From: a bacterium
Lineage (GTDB): Bacteria; RBG-13-61-14; DATKZS01
Direction of reading: 5' to 3'
Length of the DNA stretch: 64,000 nucleotides
Assembly (NCBI GenBank): GCA_963674965.2
Contig: CAXXFL010000001.1
Location: forward strand, 96,001-160,000
Position 1 is the first letter of the stretch. The number at the start of each line of letters is the position of its first letter. Position numbers and translations under genes: made by a program. This document shows, one piece after another, positions 19,156 to 28,360 of the stretch. The notes below the pieces were generated by a model. It was not told the DNA's origin and ran no database searches. It saw only the letters and a program-made list of their open reading frames with translations.

Positions 19156-19766
19156 GACGCCACCTCCAGGATCACGTCGTCGCTCAGGTTCTCGTTGATG
19201 GCGTCGATCAGCTCGCGAGCGAAGTCGTAGGTGTCGATCAGGCCCACGTTGCGGCCCACGTCCACCACCACCCGCGTTTGTCTCGTCTCCGGGTCGCTAT
19301 TGGAGGGGGCGGTCTCGGCCGCTGACCCCTGGCCGCCGGTCCGGTATCCCGCTACGCTTCCCCCACCCGACTTGGCGGCCTTGGCGTACTGCTGGGCGGC
19401 CAGGGCGTGCTTGAGCGAGCTGGCCAGGGCCGTCGGGTCCTTGGTCCCCAAAAACCTGGCGAACTCCTTGGTCGCCTCGGCGATCTCGAAGGGGATCATA
19501 ACCTTGGCCTGGTCCTTGACCGACCCGCCCAGCAGCGTGGCCATCGAGCCGGCCAGCTTGCCGTAGCTCGAGAGCTGCTCGGACCAGGACGACTGGCGGA
19601 GGTCCGAGATGAGAGACTCCCACCTCGAGACGGTCCCCGCCTTGTCCGAATAGGAGGTCTCGAGCTTTTCACGCTCGGACCCGAGGTATTGCTCGAGCAG
19701 GGCGGCCCTTTCGTCCATCATTTCCCTAAGCGCCTCCATGTCGGAGGCGAGCAACTGGTCATCCAT
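19152..19766 (-). CDS. Short tape-measure-like protein (~204 aa)
   Basis: Follows the G/GT chaperones; helical and Ala/Ser-rich, Gly-rich linker, C-terminal RELIDAINE helix; GAGGAG RBS. Confidence 0.6.
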   Translation of the reverse strand: MDDQLLASDMEALREMMDERAALLEQYLGSEREKLETSYSDKAGTVSRWESLISDLRQSSWSEQLSSYGKLAGSMATLLGGSVKDQAKVMIPFEIAEATKEFARFLGTKDPTALASSLKHALAAQQYAKAAKSGGGSVAGYRTGGQGSAAETAPSNSDPETRQTRVVVDVGRNVGLIDTYDFARELIDAINENLSDDVILEVAS

Positions 19767-20013
19767 TTTCAATCTCCTCGATCAGGTGAAGGACCCAAAG
19801 GTCCCAGAACTCAAGTCCGGTCTCGGCCGCGGGATACCCGGCCTTTATCGGCCCGCGCCAAAGGAGGACCCGGATAAGCTCCGGCGACGCCTTCTCGATC
19901 GTCGGCTCGGAGCAGTTCCGGCAGGTCCAGTCCGAGTAGGGACCGAGGCGGTCCTCGCAGTCGGCGCAGCTCGAGGCCCGGCCCGAAAGAAAGGCCCGGG
20001 CATCCCGCGCTAT
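19759..20013 (-). CDS. Tail assembly chaperone frameshift extension (gpT-like, -1 frame)
   Basis: Open -1 frame after A-AAA-AAA: IARDARAFLSG...CADC...CRNC...EEIENG*. Confidence 0.7.
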   Translation of the reverse strand: MARDARAFLSGRASSCADCEDRLGPYSDWTCRNCSEPTIEKASPELIRVLLWRGPIKAGYPAAETGLEFWDLWVLHLIEEIENG

Positions 20014-20378
20014 TTTTTTAGGCCGCCCTCCCTCACGTGGGACGGCACGGCCGAAAGGTACTGGCCCAGGGCGATGGGTATGAGCGGACAGCGCTCGGCC
20101 AGGGCGTCCTTCCACCCGCCGCGCTCCTCCCCGGCGCCCGGCGAGGGCGCGCCGTCGATCTCGAGGTCGCCCTCCCCCACGCCGGTCACGCAGGCCAGGC
20201 CCAGCTCGAGGTTGGCGTGAAGGGCCCGGAGCGCGTCCTCATCCTCGCCGCCGCGGGGCATCTTCTTCACCATGGTCTCGATCACCTCGTCCATGGCCGG
20301 CCTTCTGTACCTCACCCGTATCTCGTCGTCTCCGACCCTTAGTCTCAGTTCTCCCTCTTTGCCGATCCTTAACGTCAT
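20010..20378 (-). CDS. Tail assembly chaperone (gpG-like)
   Basis: 122 aa starting MTLRIGKEG, between tube and tape measure; ends CTA AAA AAA TAG. Confidence 0.75.
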   Translation of the reverse strand: MTLRIGKEGELRLRVGDDEIRVRYRRPAMDEVIETMVKKMPRGGEDEDALRALHANLELGLACVTGVGEGDLEIDGAPSPGAGEERGGWKDALAERCPLIPIALGQYLSAVPSHVREGGLKK

Positions 20379-20407
20379 GGCTTTATCCTTTCCGGCCCGG
20401 GCCGATT

Positions 20408-21682
20408 TTAAAGGTATCCGTCCACGCGGTTGTGGCAGCGTATAATCGCGCCGCCGCAAACGCCGTCGTCCATCACCACCAGGTCGCCCTCCTCGGAGAG
20501 CCGGCCGCCGCCGCTTACGATGGCCGACTTGACCAGCCCGCACCTGGGGAAAATCAGCTCGGCCCCGAAGCGCTCGCCTCCCTCGTCGATTTGGGCGCCC
20601 TCGAGCAAAAGGGCCAGCGCCAGGGTCTCCGTCTCCGGGTTGTCCGCCCGCCATCTGCCGACCGTGTTCCTCAGTCCCTCCGACAGGCTGATGGTGATCT
20701 CTCTCGCGCCGCGAAGCGCCAGGGCCGCCGGTCCCGAGTCGCCGGGAAACCTTTTCAGCTCGAGGTTGTTCTTGCCGGAAACGGAAATGGACTCGATCCC
20801 GGAGGATATGGTCTGGCCTCCCAGCAGGGTGGTCCCGTCGAAATAGGCGTCGGCTATAACTCTTGAGTCGATAAGCTTGAGGGGCGACTCGGCGGCCTCG
20901 GCGGGAAAGGCGGCCCAGTCCGGCGCGGGGACCAGGTAGTCCAGGTGGAACTGGACGTCCGAGGAGGACGAGCCGAGGGGCTGGACAAAGGTAATAACCG
21001 CGGGCTCGCCGTCGGACACGGAGGCGACCTCGAGGGTCGTCCAGGCCTGGCTTCCGGCGTCTTTGGCCCGGACCCGGTAGAGGTTGCCAAGACGCTCCAG
21101 AGCGGTGGCCCCCGCCACCTTGTTCGAGGCCAGCGTGATGGAGGCCGAGTCGGCCGGGGCCTCGATTACCTCGCGCTCGTAGTCGGTCTCGCGCGCGCCG
21201 GTCCCGATGACCTCGGCCGAGGCCGTGACCCATCCCTCCCCCAGCCCGATGGTGAAGGACTCGATAAAGTTACCCGAAAGGCGCTCGGTGAAAATCCCCG
21301 CGCCCCTTCGCTGCACGGCGGTGAAGCTGGGAAGCTCGAGGCCGGGAGCGGGACCGATTACGTGCTCGAAGGCCGTCGCGCCGACGGCCGCCGTCTGGAC
21401 CTCGCCGAGGAAATAGGCGAGGACGAAGGCGATGAAATCGGGCCTGGCCCGGGACTGGGCCAGGGAGCCCAAGGCGCCTCGAGCGGCCGAGAAAAGCCGG
21501 GTGGGAAACTCGGAGCCCGTAATCGAGCCGGCGTCGGTTTCTACCTCGGCCGAGCTTTGTATCCATGACCCCGGATCGAGCGGGAAAGAGGCCCCCGCCC
21601 GATTGGACGGCTGGTTCACCGCCTCTTCCGCGCCCCTGTAAAGGGCGATCCTTCCCAGGGCCTCGAGATTGTTCTTGATCAT
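20408..21682 (-). CDS. Tail tube (major tail) protein with an insertion domain
   Basis: FVLAYFLG...FEHVI...LPSFTAVQRRG...SGNFIESFTI is typical of tube proteins; GGAGG RBS. Confidence 0.7.
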   Translation of the reverse strand: MIKNNLEALGRIALYRGAEEAVNQPSNRAGASFPLDPGSWIQSSAEVETDAGSITGSEFPTRLFSAARGALGSLAQSRARPDFIAFVLAYFLGEVQTAAVGATAFEHVIGPAPGLELPSFTAVQRRGAGIFTERLSGNFIESFTIGLGEGWVTASAEVIGTGARETDYEREVIEAPADSASITLASNKVAGATALERLGNLYRVRAKDAGSQAWTTLEVASVSDGEPAVITFVQPLGSSSSDVQFHLDYLVPAPDWAAFPAEAAESPLKLIDSRVIADAYFDGTTLLGGQTISSGIESISVSGKNNLELKRFPGDSGPAALALRGAREITISLSEGLRNTVGRWRADNPETETLALALLLEGAQIDEGGERFGAELIFPRCGLVKSAIVSGGGRLSEEGDLVVMDDGVCGGAIIRCHNRVDGYL

Positions 21683-21702
21683 TTCGATTCCTCCTTGATC
21701 CT

Positions 21703-22227
21703 TTAAAGGGCGAGTCCGGGACAAAAAGGCACGGCGACCTCGATCCCGGTCAGTGACGAGGCCATGGCGCCGTCGGTCCCCGTTTCGGTTTCATTGATCC
21801 GCGTCTGGATGATCGAGCAGGTCAGGGTCCCTTCCCCTCCCTCGATGGATTCGGCCAGCGCCTGCATGGGAGCGTCGGCGCGGTTCTGGGAACGCAGGAC
21901 CCGCTCGATCCTGGCGGCGATCCTTTTAATTTCGTCCTCGATCTTTTCCCTGTCCCTGCCGCGATGGGCCGCTCGGACCTCGAGCGCGAATATCTTGTTC
22001 ATGCGGGCGGCCGGGCACGCGGGCGTCTCGGTCTTGCCCGAGGCCCGGACCAGGACCGCGGGGAACTGGGAGGCCGCGAGGCTGTCGGGCGGTGAGCCGC
22101 CGCGCCCGAAGGTCCTCACCGCGGGACCGGCCGCCCGGTTCAGTCCGCCTTCCCCGGAGTCGGCCAGGAGCGTTTCGATCACTTTTTCCTCGACCTCGAG
22201 GTAGTCTCCATTCGCCAGGTTCGTCAT
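21703..22227 (-). CDS. Putative tail terminator protein
   Basis: 174 aa between adaptor and tube; QFPAVLV and RIERVLR. Confidence 0.55.
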   Translation of the reverse strand: MTNLANGDYLEVEEKVIETLLADSGEGGLNRAAGPAVRTFGRGGSPPDSLAASQFPAVLVRASGKTETPACPAARMNKIFALEVRAAHRGRDREKIEDEIKRIAARIERVLRSQNRADAPMQALAESIEGGEGTLTCSIIQTRINETETGTDGAMASSLTGIEVAVPFCPGLAL

Positions 22228-22242
22228 GGCTTTTCCCCTTCC

Positions 22243-23046
22243 TCATCCCGGCCAGGGCCACTCGACGCCGCCGTCGGAACGGGACAGCTCTCCCCGATAC
22301 GCTGACACGGGACCTCGGTAGCCGGGCAGCCGCAGGACGGGGGTCTTGCCCTCCGAGGGCGTGAGGCGCATGAGCAGGGAAAGGGCGCGCTGATAAAGCT
22401 CCTCGTCGGCCCGGGCGTTGGCCCTTCCCATGAAGGACGCGCATTGCCAGGCGGACAGCTTGCGGCACGCGGTCTCGACCACCGCGGGCGTGGGCGTCTC
22501 GTCGTGGATCGAGGGAAAGGGCACGTCATAGCAAACGCGGAGGAAGGCGTCGATTTTGCGCGAGGCCTCGGCGATGGCCATGCTCACCATTTCCTCGGTG
22601 AACTCCTCGGGCCAGGCGCCGGGCAGCTCGGCCGCGACCCTTGCCGGCGTCGAGTAAAGAGGTCCCTCGACGCTTCCGGCCGCGACCTCGAAGGCCGCCA
22701 GCACGGTCGGATACGGGAAAACCTCGACCCCCGAGACGCGGGCGTAAACGTGGGCCTCGGCCACGCCGGCGGCGAAGCTCGCGAGCTCGATTCCCCCCAC
22801 GTACAAGAAGGGGCCGCCCTCCTGGTTCTGGGTCTCGTGATAGTCGTTGCCTTGCAGGATGGGGGGATCGCCGCCCGCGGTCGCCGCGGCCCTGACCGTT
22901 CCCCCGGCGTCGCGGAACTCGACCTTAAGGTCCGGGTCGTCCCAGTCCGGCAGGGTCCAGTGACCCAGGCCGTCGGGCACGCGGAAGTCGAAGCCGGCCT
23001 TTTCCGATCTCGAAAAAACTGGAAGCGAGTTCATTTTCTCCTCCAT
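22243..23046 (-). CDS. Head-tail adaptor (Mu gp36/DUF1320-like C-terminus) with an N-terminal beta domain
   Basis: YSTPARV...AIAEASRKIDAFLRVCYDVPF...PAVVETACRKLSAW. Confidence 0.7.
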   Translation of the reverse strand: MEEKMNSLPVFSRSEKAGFDFRVPDGLGHWTLPDWDDPDLKVEFRDAGGTVRAAATAGGDPPILQGNDYHETQNQEGGPFLYVGGIELASFAAGVAEAHVYARVSGVEVFPYPTVLAAFEVAAGSVEGPLYSTPARVAAELPGAWPEEFTEEMVSMAIAEASRKIDAFLRVCYDVPFPSIHDETPTPAVVETACRKLSAWQCASFMGRANARADEELYQRALSLLMRLTPSEGKTPVLRLPGYRGPVSAYRGELSRSDGGVEWPWPG

Positions 23047-24422
23047 ATTTCAGGTTGTCTTCTTATCGCCGCGCCGGGAACGCGAGGCTCGGTGACCTGC
23101 TCGAAGCCGGCGTCGATGGACATGGCCCTGGTCTTTCCCGAGGCGCCGCGGCCGGACCAGGGCCGTCCCAGGCCGAGGCAGGGGCTGAAGGTCCGGGGCG
23201 CGAGCCCGGCGTCGAGGAGGGGGTCGGTCTCGAGGGACGCCTGGTCCGTTCCCGTCCTGGCCCTCCACTCTTCCAGGCCCAGCGACTCTCCTCCCACCAC
23301 CGCCATAGCTCCGGACGAGCCGGGATGGAAACAGTTGCCGTCCGAGCGAAGGACCCGGACCTCGGCCGCGGCGTCGGCCCTAATGCACTCGAACTGGGAG
23401 CTTCCCCTTTCGAGGACGTTATTCATCATTCCCGCCAGGATGAGGGCCTTGTCACCCACGTGGCGGACGCCGAAGGAGTTGGCCTTGGCCGAGTTGTTGG
23501 CCAGGACGAAATAGACCTCGGCGTCGTTATAAATCCATTGGAAGCCGCCCATGGAGCGGCATCCGCTCATCTCGACCATGGTCTTGTAATCGTTTGGCGC
23601 CCCGGCGTAAGTCCCGGCGGCCTGGAAGGTCATGTCCTTAAAGTCGCAGCGCCTGATCGCGAGAAGGTCGGCGTTGACCAGGCAGACCCCGATATCGAGC
23701 GGCTTCTCGGGTGACCCCTCGAAGAGGCACTCCTCGATCCGCCAGTCCCGGACGACGGCGCTCCCGGGCCGGGCCGGCAGGATTCCCACCAGGGCGCCGG
23801 TGAACTTGATCCTCCTTACCCTCACGCTTCCCACGTCGCCGCTCTCGAGGCAGGCGCCGGCGTCCTCGCCGTCGAAGGTCACGGCGTTTCCCTCCTCGGC
23901 GTCTATCACCAGGGGATGGGCGGCGGTCGGGCTCAGGGTCGAGAGCGAAAGGGTCGCTCCCGAAACTCCCTGCCCGTAAACGCCGGCCCAGCCGCGAGCG
24001 TAATGGGTCTCGGCGAACTCGGACGGCCCGACCCAGGACAGGAGCGCGTCCAGGGCGGTTTGGGGCGAGCCGTAAGTCCGGCCCGGCCCGTAGTCCCACA
24101 CGGTCGAATGGGAGCGGTCCAGGCCCTCGGGGCCGGGGACGAGGGTCAGGGACGAGCCGAGGTTGGCCACGCGAAACGCGGCGCAGCGGGCGGCCGACTC
24201 GGCGGCGATGAACTCGCCGTCCTTGAATATAAGCGCCCTTTGTTTGAAGGAGGGCGGGTCTTTTTTCCTGAGGGCGGGCGGCAGGGCGCCGACCTTGTGG
24301 GCGCGCCACAGCCTTCCGCTTTTCTCGTAGTCCGTGGGCTCGACTCCATCGGGCATGGCGGCCGAGACCCATCCCTTGGGCAGGACGCCGTAGTCCTTGT
24401 CGACGATCAGCAAAGTGGGCAT
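23031..24422 (-). CDS. Right-handed beta-helix (pectin-lyase-like) virion protein
   Basis: Repeating short beta motifs (IEECLF, IRRCDF, LANNS, MNNVL, GNCF) and a C-terminal DPLL...SPCLGLG...IDAG cap. Confidence 0.55.
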   Translation of the reverse strand: MPTLLIVDKDYGVLPKGWVSAAMPDGVEPTDYEKSGRLWRAHKVGALPPALRKKDPPSFKQRALIFKDGEFIAAESAARCAAFRVANLGSSLTLVPGPEGLDRSHSTVWDYGPGRTYGSPQTALDALLSWVGPSEFAETHYARGWAGVYGQGVSGATLSLSTLSPTAAHPLVIDAEEGNAVTFDGEDAGACLESGDVGSVRVRRIKFTGALVGILPARPGSAVVRDWRIEECLFEGSPEKPLDIGVCLVNADLLAIRRCDFKDMTFQAAGTYAGAPNDYKTMVEMSGCRSMGGFQWIYNDAEVYFVLANNSAKANSFGVRHVGDKALILAGMMNNVLERGSSQFECIRADAAAEVRVLRSDGNCFHPGSSGAMAVVGGESLGLEEWRARTGTDQASLETDPLLDAGLAPRTFSPCLGLGRPWSGRGASGKTRAMSIDAGFEQVTEPRVPGAAIRRQPEIWRRK

Positions 24423-24507
24423 GGGGTAACTCCCTTTCCTATGGCTTGGTCATTATCGTCCGCGGCGGGGCTCGGGGCTCGGCGGCCGCGGGCCTTGCTT
24501 CCCCGGA

Positions 24508-25527
24508 TCAGGACGCGGCGCAGCGCCTGAGCTGCTCGGGTTCTCCCACGATGGCGCCGTACCTTCCCCACCCGGCGGTGGTCTCGGCGTAGGCGAGCAC
24601 GTCGCGCTCGGACAGCACGGTCAGGTCCATCCTGTTGCCGCTTTTTATCTTCCTTCCCGGCAGGGCCACGAAGTATTTGCCCGTCTCGGGCGTGGACAGG
24701 TCCTGGCTTTTAAGGCGCGTGGTGACGGCCAGCTTGACGTTGAAGTTGACCTCCCCCGCGTCGCCCGTGACCTGGCCGGAGACGGTGAGACGCAGAGCGT
24801 TCCTCATCCGGGACATGAGCTGGACCGGGCAGAGCACCACGAAGGACGAGTTGGCGTTGACCTCCATGCCCAGTCCCTCCATGTCATCGAGTATGGCGGC
24901 GCAGGCGGCGTTGATGGTCTCGGCGTCGCGGACGGCCTTGTCCTCGCCGGCCTCTCCCGCCCAGGCCACGTCCGAGTCGGGCCTCGCGGCGCTGATGAGG
25001 TCGTAATGGGCCTGGGCCTTGTGGGCGTACCATTTCGAGCGGAACTCTTTGGAGGCGTCCTCGATTTTCCAGTGCTCCTCGTCGTCGAACCACAGCCGAG
25101 ACCAGCCCAGGGCCCCGCCGTAAAGGTCGAAGTCCACGGTCACCTTCTCGCCGCTCACCTTGAAGACGTGGGCCTTCTCCCCCGGCTTGACGGCCCGAAA
25201 GCTGAGGCCGGAGGAAACGTCGACCAGGTCGAAGCCGTTCTTGCGCGTGCCCGTGAAGTCGATCACGTCGAACACCTCCATCCATCCCGCGTCGGGGTCC
25301 TCGACCTGGTGGTAGCGCGAGATGGCCTCGAGGGCGTCCTCGGGGAAGTCCCCCGGCGAGGTGAACTCCGAGACCCGGGCCAGGGTCTCGGCCGCCGCCG
25401 CCCGCGGACGGTCCATGAAGTACTGCACCGCCTCGATGAAGCGCTCTTGTCCGTCCGCGTCGGAAAGGTCAACCTTGTTCCAGTCGGATATCATCATTCC
25501 TTTCATTTTCTCTCCTCCCTCGATCAT
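24508..25527 (-). CDS. Major capsid protein (HK97-fold, Mu gpT-like); start may be 25506
   Basis: About 335 aa after the protease and cement genes; VKPGEKA...YGGALGWSRLWFDD; C-terminal AGWGRYGAIVG. Confidence 0.75.
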   Translation of the reverse strand: MIEGGEKMKGMMISDWNKVDLSDADGQERFIEAVQYFMDRPRAAAAETLARVSEFTSPGDFPEDALEAISRYHQVEDPDAGWMEVFDVIDFTGTRKNGFDLVDVSSGLSFRAVKPGEKAHVFKVSGEKVTVDFDLYGGALGWSRLWFDDEEHWKIEDASKEFRSKWYAHKAQAHYDLISAARPDSDVAWAGEAGEDKAVRDAETINAACAAILDDMEGLGMEVNANSSFVVLCPVQLMSRMRNALRLTVSGQVTGDAGEVNFNVKLAVTTRLKSQDLSTPETGKYFVALPGRKIKSGNRMDLTVLSERDVLAYAETTAGWGRYGAIVGEPEQLRRCAAS

Positions 25528-25538
25528 GCCCGAGGCGA

Positions 25539-25901
25539 TCAGTCCAGGACCATAAGGTCGATCAGCGCCGTCTCGTCCGAGGCGGCCGCCGCCTCGAGCG
25601 CCCTTCCGCAGGCCACGTTGTCCGTGGACTGGGGAGTCACAACGCCCGCCGACTCGTCGAAGTAAACCCGGTCGCCGGGCGATAAGGTCTCGCCCGAGGC
25701 CTTGGGCGCGAGTATCTTCTCGGCCTCATAGACCAGGACGAAGTCCGAGTTCTCGGGCGCGTCCTCGACCACCACGCCCACCGTGTCGTTCACCACGATC
25801 ATGTCGCCGGCCGACCGGCCCTCGCCCGCGCCCGCGGTCGCCCGCAGGGTCTTGGCCCGGCTTATGCTCGTCCTTAATTTCAATCCCGTCTCAGTCACCA
25901 T
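25539..25901 (-). CDS. Capsid cement/decoration protein (DUF2190-like)
   Basis: GDMIVVNDTVGVVVED...GDRVYFDESAGVVT...CGRALEAA. Confidence 0.75.
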   Translation of the reverse strand: MVTETGLKLRTSISRAKTLRATAGAGEGRSAGDMIVVNDTVGVVVEDAPENSDFVLVYEAEKILAPKASGETLSPGDRVYFDESAGVVTPQSTDNVACGRALEAAAASDETALIDLMVLD

Positions 25902-25928
25902 TTCCTTCTCCTTTCATTTCACGCTCGG

Positions 25929-27044
25929 TTAGAATCCTCGGGGACGGGGTATTAGGGGATTGTCCCGTCCCGCTCCCCACCGACGCGGCCTCTCGGGAGG
26001 GGCCGCCGACCGACCGACCGGCCAGGCCGACTTGAGCCTGTCGATCTTCCTCATCTCCGACTCGATCCTCTCTTTAAGCTCTAGCTCGAAGCCCGCTCCC
26101 TTCAGCGGCGGCCTGGTCACCAGGTCCTCGATGATGATCTCCCTTTCGATCCGGCCCAGGCTCGTGCCCTCGAGCATCCTGGCCGCGTCCACTCTGGCCT
26201 TTTCCGAAAGACGAGCCATGCGGGCCGCCTTTTTCAGCCTGGACAGCTCGCGGCCGGCGCGGCGGAGCTTTCCGTTCTTGGCCTCGAGTCCTTGCTCGAG
26301 GCCCTCCACCTTGGCGGCCTCCTTTCGGATCACGTCCGCCACGACCGGGTCGGACATGAGGCGCTCGCGGCCGAAAAGCTCCGAGGGAAGGGTCTCGGCC
26401 GGCGCGTCCGTTTCGCCGTCGCCGCCTTGCCTTTCGCCCGGCTCCTCGAACTCCTCGACCGCCGCCAGCACCGAGGCGTAGGCGAAGCCGGGACGGTCAT
26501 GGCCCGACCGGCCCAGGGCCACGCCCGTCACCTTCCTGACCGCGTCCACTATCCAGGCGCCGGAACTCCCGTCCTCACCGTGGCACTCGATCTCGGCCTC
26601 GATCGAGCACACGTCCAGGCGGCCCGACCGTATGTCCCGTTTGACCTCCGGGTCAGTCACCGCGGCCAGGCCCACGGCGCTGAGAAGTCCGTTCACCCTT
26701 CTCTCGCCGGCGGACACCACCTCGCCCACCTTGCGCCTGACCGCTCCCGCCGGGGCGTGGCAAAGGTAGAGGGGAACGCCGCTCCCCAGCCGGGCGGCCA
26801 GCTCGCGGACGCGCTCGCGGCTCCAGAACTTCCTTCTCGGAGAACCGCCCTTTCCGTCGTCGCTCATCCTTCCCCGCGAGTAGCCCTCGTGCCCCGCCAC
26901 CAGCTCGACGAACAGGGGACTCGAGTCCATTTCCTCGATCCGCCGGCGGAATCCCTCTCCCACCCGGGCCCTGGCCTCGAGGGCGTCGGTCTCCGTCGGG
27001 CCCGCGGCCACGAGGGTCAGGCCGGTTACCATTGTCTTTTTCAT
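25929..27044 (-). CDS. Prohead protease/scaffold
   Basis: PLYLCH...VGEVV...CSIEA His/Ser pattern followed by a coiled-coil C-terminus; overlaps the portal stop. Confidence 0.65.
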   Translation of the reverse strand: MKKTMVTGLTLVAAGPTETDALEARARVGEGFRRRIEEMDSSPLFVELVAGHEGYSRGRMSDDGKGGSPRRKFWSRERVRELAARLGSGVPLYLCHAPAGAVRRKVGEVVSAGERRVNGLLSAVGLAAVTDPEVKRDIRSGRLDVCSIEAEIECHGEDGSSGAWIVDAVRKVTGVALGRSGHDRPGFAYASVLAAVEEFEEPGERQGGDGETDAPAETLPSELFGRERLMSDPVVADVIRKEAAKVEGLEQGLEAKNGKLRRAGRELSRLKKAARMARLSEKARVDAARMLEGTSLGRIEREIIIEDLVTRPPLKGAGFELELKERIESEMRKIDRLKSAWPVGRSAAPPERPRRWGAGRDNPLIPRPRGF

Positions 27045-28360
27045 ATCTCTCCTCCTTCCTCTTCCTTACTGGGCTGGAAGACTTCCATCCCGCTTTCGCC
27101 CCTCGAGGCGGCCTCCTGTTTTTCCTTGTCGGGATCGACGTCGGGCAAAAGCCCCAGCAGGGTATCGAGCCCGATGGCGCCGGCCTGGAAGAGGGGCAGG
27201 TATAGCTCGGTGAGCCGCTCGATCTGGGCCCTGGTGACGAACTTCATGGAGGGTCTGACCTTGCCCTTCTTGAGGGGCGCGGCGCTCGCGAGGGCGTTTT
27301 CATTCCTCAGCTCGATGGCCTTGTCGAACAGCTCGGAGAACCCTCCCAGCCAGGAGCGCTGCTCGGAGATGGACACCAGGGCCACGGGCTCCATGGTGTT
27401 GTCGGCGGTGGCGCGGTTGCTCATGAACTCGGGAAAGCCCAGAAACTGCACGGGCACTCCCGCGCCTCCGGCGAGAATTTTGACCTTTGTCTCGATCTCG
27501 CGCTGGATGGAGTCGTATCCGGAGTCGCTCATGCCCACGAGGGAGAAGTCGGCCGGCCCGACGAAGACCTTTCCGATCTTCCAGTCCACGCCGGGAGCGA
27601 GAAGGCGCTCGTAAAGGTCCATGGCCTCCCGGACGTCCCGGGTCTTGAAGTAGGGGGTGGGCGAGGCGAAAAAGCGGTTGATCTTGCGCCAGTCGCGCAG
27701 GGCGTGGTCCACGTCCTCGGCCTCCTGGAGGAGCCCCGAAAGGGTCGGCGCCCCCTCGCGGCCGTGCACGCGGGCGTTGAACTTGATGAAGACGGCGCGC
27801 TCGGGAGGCACGCTCACCTCGCCTCCGTTTTCGTCCTCATAGGTGATGGCCGTTATTTCCGCGTAGTCGTCGCGGGCGTACTCGACCTCGTAGCGCGAGT
27901 CGTTCCAGGAGATGAAACGCGTCTTGATTGAGTCGGCCGCGGGTTCGTAATCGAGGGTGAGGAGCACCTGTCCCTCGAGTTCCTTCTCGACGGCGAGCTG
28001 CTGCCCGAACTGCCCGTCGAGGCGGTTCTCCCGGATAAGGCGGCGGAGGAACTCGAGCTCGGGTCCGGGTCCCTCGCCCGGAAGCGGCGCCGCCGACAAC
28101 CCGTTGGCCATGGCGAAGGCGGCCCTCGTGTCCACCAGACGCTGCACGAGCTGGTTGCCCGAGCGGGCGTAGCCCTTGTACTTTTGCACCAGTTCCGAGA
28201 CCAGTCTCTCCCGGTCCCGGTAGGGGTTGGCCGCCGGGATTGACTGGCCCGCCGCTCTTCCCGCCTTGAAGGACAAAACCTCTGACACGTACTCCTCGGT
28301 ACGGGCCAGCTTGATCTCGAGTTCCTTTGCCCTCGTCTTCCATTTCGATCTTCCAAACAT
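27041..28360 (-). CDS. Phage portal protein
   Basis: 439 aa, first gene of the operon; ELEGQVLL, REGAPTL and GVPVQFLG...NRATA. Confidence 0.75.
   Translation of the reverse strand: MFGRSKWKTRAKELEIKLARTEEYVSEVLSFKAGRAAGQSIPAANPYRDRERLVSELVQKYKGYARSGNQLVQRLVDTRAAFAMANGLSAAPLPGEGPGPELEFLRRLIRENRLDGQFGQQLAVEKELEGQVLLTLDYEPAADSIKTRFISWNDSRYEVEYARDDYAEITAITYEDENGGEVSVPPERAVFIKFNARVHGREGAPTLSGLLQEAEDVDHALRDWRKINRFFASPTPYFKTRDVREAMDLYERLLAPGVDWKIGKVFVGPADFSLVGMSDSGYDSIQREIETKVKILAGGAGVPVQFLGFPEFMSNRATADNTMEPVALVSISEQRSWLGGFSELFDKAIELRNENALASAAPLKKGKVRPSMKFVTRAQIERLTELYLPLFQAGAIGLDTLLGLLPDVDPDKEKQEAASRGESGMEVFQPSKEEEGGEI

Larger units (their letters stand above)
15053..28360 (-). mobile_element. Phage-derived virion structural and lysis operon (GTA-like or domesticated prophage)
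   Basis: About 16 co-oriented, tightly packed ORFs in head-neck-tail-lysis order; no integrase, terminase or replication genes seen. Confidence 0.85.

Noticed and set aside
15053-28360. Complete temperate prophage, tailocin or contractile injection system
   Set aside because: No integrase, replication genes, terminase or att sites; portal and capsid argue against a tailocin; no sheath or baseplate wedge. A decayed prophage is not fully excluded.
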